This document shows, in pieces, positions 27,188 through 38,952 of a stretch of 64,000 nucleotides of DNA. The stretch is from Anaeramoeba ignava BMAN. Lineage: Eukaryota > Protista > Anaeramoebae. The DNA lies in NCBI GenBank assembly GCA_028826165.1, contig JAPDFW010000093.1, forward strand, positions 62,001 through 126,000. Reading direction: 5' to 3'. Numbering within the stretch: position 1 is the stretch's first letter; each line of letters begins with the position of its first letter. The translations under genes and the position numbers were made by a program. The notes beneath the pieces were generated by a model. That model searched no databases. It was not told the DNA's origin and saw nothing but the letters and a program-made list of their open reading frames with translations.

Positions 27188-29190
27188 CTTTAATTAAAAA
27201 TTTAATAATAAAAATTAATTATAATTAATTTATTTTAAATTTAAAATATTTTCAATTTATATTTTAATTAATATTTTAATTATTATTTATTATAAAAAGT
27301 TAATTTATTTTTGAAATAATATTAAATATAATTTTAATTAAAAATTTAATAATAAAAATTAATTATAATTAATTTATTTAAAATTTAAAATATTTTCTAT
27401 TTATAATTTAATTAATAATTTTATTATTATTTATTATAAAAAGTTAATTTAATATTGAAATATTATTAAATATAATTTTAATTAATAATTTAATAATAAA
27501 AATTAATTATAATTAATTTATTTTAAATTTAAAATATTTTTATTTATATTTTAATTAATAATTTTATTATTATTTATTATAAAAAGTTAATTTATTATTG
27601 AAATATTATTAAATATAATTTTAATTAATAATTTAATAATAAAAATTAATTATAATCAATTTATTATAAATTTAAAATATTTTTAATTTATATTTTAATT
27701 AATAATTTTATTATTATTTATTATAAAAAGTTAATTTATTTTTGAAATATTATTAAATATAATTTTAATTAATAATTTAATAATAAAAATTAATTATAAT
27801 TAATTTATTTAAAATTTAAAATATTTTCAATTTATATTTTAATTAATATTTTTATTATTATTTATTTTAAAAAGTTAATTTATTTTTGAAATAATATTAA
27901 ATATAATTTTAATTAATAATTTAATAATAAAAATTAATTATAATTAATTTATTTTAAATTTAAAATATTTTCAATTTATAATCTAATTAATAATTTTATT
28001 ATTATTTATTATAAAAAGTTAATTTATTTTTGAAATAATATTAAATATAATTTTAATTAATAATTTAATAATAAAAATTAATTATAATTAATTTAATTTA
28101 AATTTAAAATATTTTTAATTTATATTTTAATTAATAATTTTAATTATTATTTATTATAAAAATTTAATTTATTATTGAAATATTATTAAATATAATTTTA
28201 ATTAATAATTTAATAATAAAAATTAATTATAATTAATTTATTTAAAATTTAAAATATTTTTGATTTATATTTTAATTAATATTTTTATTATTATTTATTA
28301 TAAAAGTTAATTTATTATTGAAGGATTATTAAATATAATTTTAATTAAAAATTTAATAATAAAAATTAATTATAATTAATTTAATTTAAATTTAAAATAT
28401 TTTCTATTTATATTTTAATTAATATTTTTATTATTATTTATTATAAAAAGTTAATTTATTATTGAAGGATTATTAAATATAATTTTAATTAAAAATTTAA
28501 TAATAAAAATTAATTATAATTAATTTAATTAAAATTTAAAATATTTTCAATTTATATTTTAATTAATATTTTTATTATTATTTATTTTAAAAAGTTAATT
28601 TAATATTGAAATAATATAAAATATAATTTTAATTAAAAATTTAATAATAAAAATTAATTATAATTAATTTAATTTAAATTTAAAATATTTTCAATTTATA
28701 TTTTAATTAATATTTTTAATTATTATTTATTATAAAAAGTTAATTTATTATTGAAATAATATTAAATATAATTTTAATTAATAATTTAATAATAAAAATT
28801 AATTATAATTAATTTATTTAAAATTTAAAATATTTTCAATTTATATTTTAATTAATAATTTAATTATTATTTATTATAAAAAGTTAATTTATTTTTGAAA
28901 TATTATTAAATATAATTTTAATTAATAATTTAATAATAAAAATTAATTATAATTAATTTAATTTAAATTTAAAATATTTTCTATTTATATTCTAATTAAT
29001 ATTTTTATTATTATTTATTATAAAAAGTTAATTTATTATTGAAGGATTATTAAATATAATTTTAATTAAAAATTTAATAATAAAAATTAATTATAATTAA
29101 TTTATTTTAAATTTAAAATATTTTCTATTTATATTTTAATTAATAATTTAATTATTATTTATTATAAAAAGTTAATTTATTTTTGAAGGA
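27188..29190. repeat. 144-bp AT satellite, ~14 copies
   Basis: The G of AAAAAGTTAATTT recurs at 27299, 27443, 27586, 27730, 27874, 28018, ..., 28883, 29027 and 29171 (spacing ~144). Confidence 0.95.
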
Positions 29191-29266
29191 TTTTTATTTT
29201 ACAAATACATTTGATTCAAAAAAGAAAAATAAAAAGAAAATCAAAAATCAAAATCAAAAATCAAAA

Positions 29267-31801
29267 TCAAAGAATTTGTTGATAACCATCATGATTACAG
29301 TAAGCCTTCTGGCATTGATGAACAGCAACACCAAGAATAAGAATAGAAAAAATTGACCAAGGAACAAGAGAAGGAAGACCAGCAAATATCCAAGAGAACG
29401 AGCCGTGCTTAAATAAATTCCAGAAAATCAAGACCTCTGAAATCATTGCAAATGATCCAAAAAACATCATAACTAAATTAAGCCTAAAAGCAACTCTTTC
29501 AATAATACCATTTCGGTACATAAACCAAGAAAAAACAGTAAAAATGATGACAAAACAATCCCAGACAAAAAGAACAGAGAACGCAGATATAATCACACCT
29601 TTTCTAGGAGCGAAATCAACATAAACGGAAACTAAAATAGTAAACAAAGTGCCTGTCAAAGAAAGTAAAACCAAATGGGCAAAGGGCAGTAAGTCAGTGA
29701 AGATGATTTTGAGGGAACTCTCTGTTTTCTTCTGAACCGCGTAAAACTTTGTGTATGAAAAAACAAGGACGCCAGTGACTCCCACGAGCCACAAAGAGAT
29801 ATAAAGAAGACAAAACGAAATTTTCTTATCCAGCCACAATCCCAAAAGAATTGCAAATCCCTCAAAAAGCGCGGCGCCTATCATGATTCCGAAATATAGG
29901 ATCGCGTCGGGCTGAAGACCCCACGACGCGTACCAGTTCAGAAATCCCGACAGGAATATCAGAAACACTGTAAGATAGAAGGGAATCAACGTGATTGTCC
30001 ACTTAGTTGATATCACAGAATCTAATTGGAGTGACACAAGTAAGATCGTGAGCGGGAAAAACGAAGCTATCATTGAAGACAACATGATCGGGTTGAAAAG
30101 CAGTGACATGAACTGGTGTATTTTCTCAGAACGCTTGATCAATTTTTTCATTTGTTGATAAAATCCTTTTGCTTTTTGATATTTTTGTACTTGTTGAAGA
30201 AATAATTGTTTTGGTGTTTCTTTCATTGTTCGATATATCTTTTCATATTCATCTTTTTCCCCTAAATCACTGCTACTTGTGTAGTTTATTGCTTTCTTTA
30301 TATTTGTGTTTGATGTGTATGTTGTTTGATTCCGTAAATCAAAAATTGGTACATATTCTTGTGGTTGTAATCTTGATTGGAAATATTCAACTAATCCAAG
30401 TTTTCCTATTTATTTTTTTTTCAGAAATTAAAATTCATTTATAAAATTCATTTATAAAATTTAAATTAAAATTCATTTATAATTAAATTTATAATTAAAA
30501 TTCATTTATAAAATTAAAATTCATTTCAAAATTTATAATTAAAATTAAATTAAAATTCATTTATAAAATTAAAATTTATTTATAATTAAATTAAAATTAT
30601 AATTCATTTATAAAATTAAAATTCATTTATAAAATTTAAATTAAAATTCATTTATAAAATCAAAATTGAAATTTAAATTCCAATAATATAAGAATAAATA
30701 TAATACCAATTCTTTCAAAATGATCTAACCAACTATCAACACGAACACTTTCAAAATCTAAATAAGTAGCATGTCTTTCAAGCATATTTTCCCATAAAAA
30801 AGTATCATCAGCAACTTGATTAAATTGAGTATTAACACAAGCACAAACACCAAGATGATAAGGATAAGGAAGATATAAGAAAATCTGATATAAAACTATA
30901 AAAGAATGAAATTCAAAATTTATAATTAAATTTATAATTAAATTTATAATTAAATTTATAATTAAATTTATAATTAAATTTATAATTAAATTTATAATTA
31001 AATTTATAATTAAATTTATAATTAAATTTATAATTAAATTTATAATTAAATTTATAATTAAATTTATATTTATATTTATAATTAAATTTATAATTAAATT
31101 TATAATTAAATTTATAATTAAATTTATATTTATAATTAAATTTATAATTAAATTTATAATTAAATTTATTTCAAAATTTATAATTAAATTTATAATTAAA
31201 TTTATCTTTTATATTTATAATTAAATTTATATTTATAAAATAATTAAATTTATAATTAAATTTATAATTAAATTTATAATTAAATTTATAATTAAATTTA
31301 TAATTAAATTTATAATTAAATTTATAATTAAAATTATATTTATATTTATAATTAAATTTATAATTAAATTTATAATTAAATTTATAATTAAATTTATATT
31401 TATATTTATAATTAAATTTATAATTAAATTTATAATTAAATTTATAATTAAATTTATAATTAAATTTATAATTAAATTTATTTCAAAATTAATAATTAAA
31501 TTTATAATTAAATTTATAATTAAATTTATAATTAAATTTATAATTAAATTTATAATTAAATTTATAATTAAATTTATAATTAAATTTATAATTAAAATTA
31601 TAATTAAATTTATAATTAAAAATTTGCTCTTTTACTTTCATCTGGTAAGTATTCAAAATAATTTATTTTTTGAGGATCTTCTGGCAAATCAAAATCCCAT
31701 TCAATTCCTTGATAAAGATCATCTACATTTACATTTATTCTTTTTTCTGATTTTTGTGGTTTTATCATTCTTTCAAAATGATTTACAAAAAATGGTTTCA
31801 T
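29267..31801 (-). CDS. F-box protein with C-terminal multi-pass TMEM185/TMEM203-like membrane domain
   Basis: Exons ~31636-31801, ~30708-30895 and 29267-30405. The F-box FEYLPDEILYQIFLYLP...CACVNTQFNQVADDTFLW spans intron 1. About 8 TM helices with LQLDSVISTKWTITLIPFYL and LWLDKKI. Confidence 0.8.
30915..31620. repeat. Intronic 12-bp repeat (TAAATTTATAAT)n
   Basis: Fills the intron that interrupts the F-box. Confidence 0.9.
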
Positions 31802-32029
31802 TAATAATTTCTCAATTAAAACTAGAAAATAAAGAAAGTTAAAAAAAGAAAATAAAGAAAGAAAAAAGTTTGTTTTTGTTTTTGTTTTTGTTTTTGTTTT
31901 TGTTTTTGTTTTTGTTATAAAATTTGTGGAAAATAAAAAATAAAAAATGAAAAAAAAAATGAAAAAAGAATTTAAAAAAAAAATTTTTTATTTTTGAAGC
32001 AAAAAAAACGTTCAAAATTTCAAATTTGG

Positions 32030-33860
32030 TTCATCAATTTTTAATTTTGATTTTCATTTTAAATTTCATTTCCATTTTAAATTTCATTTTGAATTTCATT
32101 TTCATTTTAAATTTTGATTTTAATTTTAAATTTCATTTTAAATTTGATTTTCATTTTCATTTTGATTTTAAATTTGATTTTGATTTTAAATTTGATTTTC
32201 ATTTTGATTTTGATTTTGAATTTGATTTTGATTTTAAATTTGATTTTCATTTTAAATTTGATTTTAAATTTCATTTTAAATTTGATTTTAAATTTCGTTT
32301 TCATTTTCATTTTAAATTTTCATTTTGATTTTAAATTTCATTTTAAATTTAATTTTAAATTTGATTTTCATTTTCAATTTGATTTTCATTTTAATTTTCA
32401 TTTTAAATTTCATTTTAATTTTTATTTTGATTTTAAATTTCATTTTAATTTTCATTTTAATTTTCATTTTAAATTTCATTTTAAATTTGATTTTAAATTT
32501 GATTTTCATTTGATTTTAATTTTGATTTTAATTTCCATTTTGAATTTCATTTTCATTTTAAATTTTCATTTTCATTTTCATTTTCATTTCCAATTTTCAT
32601 TTTAAATTTCATTTTAAATTTTGATTTTCATTTGATTTTCATTTTGATTTTAATTTTCATTTTCATTTTCATTTTCATTTCCATTTTGATTTTAAATTTG
32701 ATTTTCAATTTAAATTTTCATTTTAAATTTCATTTTCATTTTCATTTTAAATTTCATTTTCATTTTAATTTTGATTTTGATTTTAAATTTCAATTTTCAT
32801 TTTCATTTTCATTTTAAATTTGATTTTCATTTTAAATTTGATTTTGATTTTAAATTTCATTTCCATATTCAATTTCATTTTGATTTTCATTTTAAATTTT
32901 GAATTTGATTTTCTTTTTCATTTTAAATTTTCATTTTAAATTTGATTTTAAATTTCATTTTAAATTTCATTTTCATTTTCATTTTCATTTTCATTTTAAT
33001 TTTAAATTTGATTTTCATTTTAAATTTGATTTTGAATTTGATTTTAATTTTGATTTTCATTTTGATTTTGATTTAGATTTTGATTTTGATTTTCATTTCC
33101 ATTTTCATTTTCATTTTGATTTTCATTTTAAATTTGATTTTGAATTTGATTTTCATTTTAAATTTTGATTTTCATTTTCAATTTAATTTTGATTTTAATT
33201 TTCATTTTCATTTTCATTTTCATTTTGATTTTCATTTTAAATTTTGAATTTGATTTTCTTTTTCATTTTAAATTTTCATTTTAAATTTCAATTTTGATTT
33301 TGATTTTAAATTTGATTTTGATTTTGATTTTAATTTTGATTTTGATTTTGATTTTGATTTTGATTTTGATTTTGATTTTAATTTTGATTTTGATTTTGAT
33401 TTTGATTTTAATTTTGATTTTGATTTTGATTTTGATTTTGATTTTGATTTTGATTTTCATTTCCATTTTCATTTTCATTTTCATTTTCATTTTAATTTTG
33501 ATTTTAATTTTCATTATAATTTTAATTTTAAATTTTGATTTTAAATTTCATTTTGATTTTCATTTTGATTTTCATTTTGATTTTCATTTTGATTTTGATT
33601 TTCATTTTAATTTTCATTTTCATTTTCATTTTCATTTTCATTTTCATTTTCATTTTCATTTTAATTTTAATTTTAAATTTTGATTTTAATTTTAATTTTG
33701 ATTTTGATTTTGATTTTAATTTTCATTTTCATTTTAAATTTCATTTTCATTTTGATTTTGATTTTCATTTCCATTTTCATTTTCATTTTAAATTTCATTT
33801 TAAATTTTCATTTCCATTTTCAATTTTAATTTAAATTTCAATTTCAATTTCATTTAAATT
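32030..33860. repeat. Degenerate hexamer array (TTTTCA/TTTTGA/TTTTAA)
   Basis: Directly visible, between the UPF2 stop and the F-box gene promoter. Confidence 0.9.
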
Positions 33861-33873
33861 TTAAATTTTAAAT

Positions 33874-36800
33874 TCACTTCTTCTTTTTATTAGATTTCGA
33901 AAATTGATTTGGTCTTTTTGGATTGTCTAAATCAACAATATCTTCTAAATTCATATTATCAGTATTTTGTAAATCTTCTTGAGTAATTTTTTCATATTTT
34001 TCTTTATCATTCAAATTCATAAATTTAACTAAACCATTTAATCCAGTTTTTTTCTTTTCCTCATTTAATTTTTTTGTTTTCATCTCTTCAATTTGAGCAT
34101 CAATTTTTTTTTGAAGCTTTCTCTTATCGTGATTTGCTTGATTAGCATCTTGAAAATTTTGATTTGAAATTATAATATTATTATTATTATTGTTATTGTT
34201 ATTGTTATTATTATTATTGTTATTATTGTTATTGTTCTCATTGCTAATAATTTGAATATTTTTATCCATTTGATGATTTTCTATTTGATTTGGCATGATT
34301 CCTAATAATTTTTGTAATTTTGGATCTAAATTCTCAAAATATGATTGGAAATCTGTCTTTATAAAATCAACATTAAAACTCTCAAATAAATTATTGATTT
34401 GATACTGTATTTCATTTGTAAGTGAAATTTTTTGGGAAATATATTCTTGAAAGAAAATGAGGAAATTTTGAATATCCTCCATTTTTAATTCATCACTTTG
34501 CAGAGCATTTTCAAGAATTGTGCAAACCATTCTGATTCGAAGATGATTATCGGGATGATCCAGTCTCAATCCCTTCTCAAATGATTCGCAATGACCATAG
34601 TTGATAATTACATAAAGAATATAGTGAATAGTTTGGAACGGAATCACTTTGTTGAGAAATAATTCCGAAAGAAACTTGACTTGAATAACTCTTTTTTGCT
34701 GTTGAGCTTCTTCATTACGTTCAAGTTCGAATATGATATCTTCGATAAGTTCATCCGCAATATAAAGTAGATCTGAATAATAAGTGCTAAGAACTTTGAT
34801 AATTTTGGCGATTAACGGAATTCTAAACCAGCTAACTTGTCCAATATTATATAATTTTTTGAAAATGTAATTTCTGTTTGTTTTCCAATCCATTGCTAAT
34901 AAATTATCAACTACATAATTTAATGTTTCTGCACTTAACTTATCATTAATTAAATATCTGATGCATTGCTGAACTTTGTTTTTTGGTTTTGATCTCCCAC
35001 TAACAGGCATACAAATTGATAGTGAATCTTCAATCACTGAAGCTAATCTTGGATCATGAACAACACTAATAAGATTTAAATCGGAAATTTTAATTTTTAA
35101 AATTTTGGAAATATTTAAAATTCAAATTTTACTTTTCCTTCTTTTTTTTAAGCCTTTCACATAAATTTCTTGAGCGTGTATGTGTTTCAGGAGAATTATA
35201 AAGAAATCTTCCGCAAACTTCAATCAAATTCTTAATAATTTCAACATCTTGACTCTTCAAATCAGAAATACACATTTCGAAAAAATTCAAAATATTTAAA
35301 GATGAACAAACTTTAAACTTGACCAATTCGCCAAGAAATCGAATATTGTGGATTTTGATCTCAACAATTATTGATTCTTTCTTTTTCTCATCCTCAAATT
35401 TCTTTTCAAGTTCTTCAACAATTTTTTGTCCAATTTCCTTGAAATATTGAGATATAATTGCAATTACTCGCGAAATCAATCGCAAAATTCCAAAACTATC
35501 TTTTGAAAAACGGAGCAAATAATTGATAAGAGAATTTTGAGTCTTCTTTGTGTTCAAATACATAAACTCCTTTGCTAAATTATCAGCATCTTCTGTTTTT
35601 TCCATATTTTCGAGTTTGATTTCCCATTCTTTAAAAAGTCCATTAATCATATTTTTATCTGTTCCTTGGATTTTATATTCTTTTTTTTTCTGCTCCAAAA
35701 ATTTCTGGATTTCCTTACTTCTTTCTTCTCGGTTCTTCTTAGTTTCCTTTTTCAACAAAATATCCGGAACAATTTTCCTCAAATCCACAAGTTCTTCATA
35801 AAATTTTCTATCATTTTCACTTTCAAAAATGCTCATTTCTTCAAATTCTTGTTCACCAATATCTTTGATAATAATTTCTTTTTTACTTTCAATTTTTTTC
35901 TTAGCAAAATCTGGTACGTTTTTGTTTATCAATTCTGCAAATTTCCTTGTTTGTGCAATTAAGTCTTCAAATTGCTCCTTATTTTTTTGGTGAATATCCA
36001 ATTCATTTTGATTAACTTGATTTAACTGCATTTTCTGGAAGTTTTCTTCCTCGAAAAATTGAATTTTGTTGTCTAATTGCTTGAGTGTTCCAATCAAAAA
36101 ATTAAAATATCGATTCAATATTTTGTGAAATTGCGAAATTTCGTTTTTGTTCGCAATAGTAAATGTGTATTTTTCTTGAATTGGTTATTAATTTTATTTT
36201 TTTGTTTTTTTTGTTTTTTGTTTTTTTGGTTAAATAATGCATAAATATAATCAAAATATATAAAATAGTACCATATAAATTTGAGATTTTGATATTTTTT
36301 GGTTCGCTTTCATTTGGTTCATTTGTTTTTGTTTGTGATAATTCACTAATTTCTTTATTTCTAAATGCAAAAATTTCCTGGATTTTGTTTTCCTTTTTTT
36401 TCGAAATTATTCCACAAAAATATTCTCCTCCCAAATTACAAAATTCATTAATTAAATGAATATTTCTTGTAGTGTTTGAATTGATATTGATTTTCTATTA
36501 AACCTTCCATAATTTTATAAAGTTGTTTAATATTATTAAATATTCCAACTGAAGTCAAAAATATCATCAAAACTAAAGCTTTTTTTCGATTTCGAGTAAT
36601 TTCATCATGCTAAATAAATATAAATATAAAAATAAATATAAACATAAATATTTTCACTTTAATTTTCTTATTCTTATTCTTATTCTTTTTTTACTCGATT
36701 TTGATCTTGTGGTTTTTTTTGTGGTTTTTGGAGAACGAAAAAATCATTCAATTGTTTGAAAAGTTCTTTTGAGAATTTTTTATATTCTCGATGAATATAA

Positions 36801-38865
36801 GAAATGATCTTTTTTTTTTTCAAATCAAATTCAAGTAAAATAAAATGAATCAAAATAAATTGATTTTTGATTTTCCTTTTTTAAATGGAAACAAAAAAAA
36901 GAATTTACTTCAATTGCAACATCTCTGTTATTAGATTTAATATCAATTTGAGTAAACGCTTTTGCTATTTCTTGAATCCATTTACTTAGATTAAGTGATT
37001 GTATTTCTTTAATCACATTATCCTTATTTTTTTCATCAATATTATTATTGAGAGTATTAATAAATTTTTGAATTCTTGAAATTTTTGAATCTCGATTTGA
37101 AAATTCATTTTCTTTTAATTGATCCAAAAATTAAATAATAAATAATTAATAATAAATAACTAAATAACTAAATTTAAATTTAAATTACCTGATTTTTTTT
37201 TCTCAACGTTTAAATTTTTTTCTCTTAAAGTTTTCAATTTTTCAATTTCATCAAAAAGTTCTTTTTCTTTTTTTGAAATCAAATCCTCTTTTTTCTTTCT
37301 AGCTTGTCTTTTTTTTTCTTCTTCTCTTTTTTTTCTTCTTTCTTCTTCTTTTCTTTTTCTTTCTTCTTTTTCCTTTTTTTTTCTTTCTTCTTCTTCTCTT
37401 TGTTTTCTTTCTTCTTCTTCTCTTCTTCTTTTTTCTTCTTCTTCTTTTCTTTTTCTTTCTTCTTCTTCTTTTCTTCTTCTTTCTTCTTCTTTTCTTTTTC
37501 TTTCTTCTTCTTCTTTTCTTTTTCTTTCTTCTTCTTTTTTCCTTCTTTCTTCTTCTTTTCTTCTTTTTTCTTCTTCTTTTTTCCTTCTTTCTTCTTCTTT
37601 CTTTTCTTTCTTCTTCAAAATTTATTTTCTATTTAAATTTTTAATCCAAAAAAAAAAAATTTTTTTTTTTCCATTTTTTTTAATCAAAAAAATTTTTTTT
37701 TTGTTTTACTTTTGGAGAATCTTTTCTTTGTTTCCAAACATGTTTTCGAGCTCCAGATTTTGATTGAGTTGGTGATGGTGATTTACTACTTGTATTTTTA
37801 GTGTTTTTAGTTTTTTTACTCCAATTGTGTGCTTTTTTTGGAATGTTCCATTCATGTTTTTTAGGAGGAGATTTTGGAGAAGGAACTTCTTTTTTTGGTT
37901 CATCTTTTCTTTTCCAAACTTTTTTTTTTTTTAGAAAAATAAAAACGGTTTTTTTTTAAATTTAAAATTTAAATTAAAATTATTTTGTTTTTACTCATTT
38001 TGTTTTTTTCTTCAGACTTTTTATCTTTCTTCTCTTTGGAAAAAATTGGGTTTTTCGTTTGATTTGATTTTTGTGGTTTTTTTTGAAATGATTTTCTTTC
38101 TTTTGGATTTTGTTTAAAATTTTCGTTCATTTTGTTTTTTTGGATGTAATTTTGTGAACTGTTTGGAGATTTGCTTTGATTTTGTTTTCTTGGAAAATAT
38201 TGATTATCATTTTTTGAATTGAGTGAGTCATTGATATTTTTTTCAGAAAAATTTTTTCTTTGTGTATTTCTTTGGTTAAAGTTGGCATTGACATTTTTGG
38301 GATTTGTAATTTGATAATTCGAGTTGTCGTTGACATTATAATTTGTATTTGTATTTGTATTGTATGCAGTATCATAAGTATAATTAGTGTTGTCAATGTA
38401 ATTAGGATTGTCAATGTAATTAGTATTACCAGTATAATTAGTGTTGTCAATGTAATTAGTATTGTCAGTATAATTAGCATTACCAGTATAATTAGTGTTG
38501 TCAATGTAATTAGTATTGTCAGTATAATTAGTATTGCTAGTATAATTAGTATTGTCAATGTAATTAGTATTGCCAGTATAATTAGTGCTATCAATGTAAT
38601 TAGTGCTGTCAATGTAATTAGTGTTATCAGTGTAATTAGTGTTGTCAGTGTAATTAGTGCTGTCAATGTAATTAGTTCTATTCCATTCATTCTCATAAAT
38701 ATAATTTCCTTCTTGTTGTTGTTGTTGATTGGGTTGTTGATTGGGTTGTTGATAAATTATATTGTTTTGTTGAATATCTTGTTGATTTTGAAAATTCAAA
38801 TTATTTCCATAATCAAAATTATTTTGTTGATAATAATTTGGATTTTGTTGATAAGGATTTGTCAT
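33874..38865 (-). CDS. UPF2: Nonsense-mediated decay factor UPF2 with long low-complexity N-terminus; two frame breaks
   Basis: Eight exons. MIF4G-1 (DSKISRIQKFI, LNLSKWIQEIA), MIF4G-2 (FYEELVDL, NIRFLGELVKF, EVCGRFLYNSPETH) and MIF4G-3 (KFLSELF, DHPDNHLRIRMVCTIL). Confidence 0.9.
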
Positions 38866-38952
38866 AAAAAAAAAAGTTTAAAAAAAAAATGAAAAAAATG
38901 AAAATGAAAAAAAGTTTAAAAAATAAAAAAATTTTTTTGCTTTTTTATTTTG

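Noticed and set aside
27188-29190. CRISPR-like array
   Set aside because: It is a pure tandem repeat with no unique spacers, in a eukaryotic context with no cas genes.
32026-33834. Numerous ORFs such as (IL)n, (FH)n, (KI)n and (NF)n here and in other arrays
   Set aside because: They are stop-free frames of hexamer repeats in introns or intergenic DNA, with no coding complexity.
37112-37188. Apparent non-canonical GG acceptor in UPF2 near 37124
   Set aside because: A canonical AG at 37113-37112 gives the right phase (KKS-ENEFSNRDSK).
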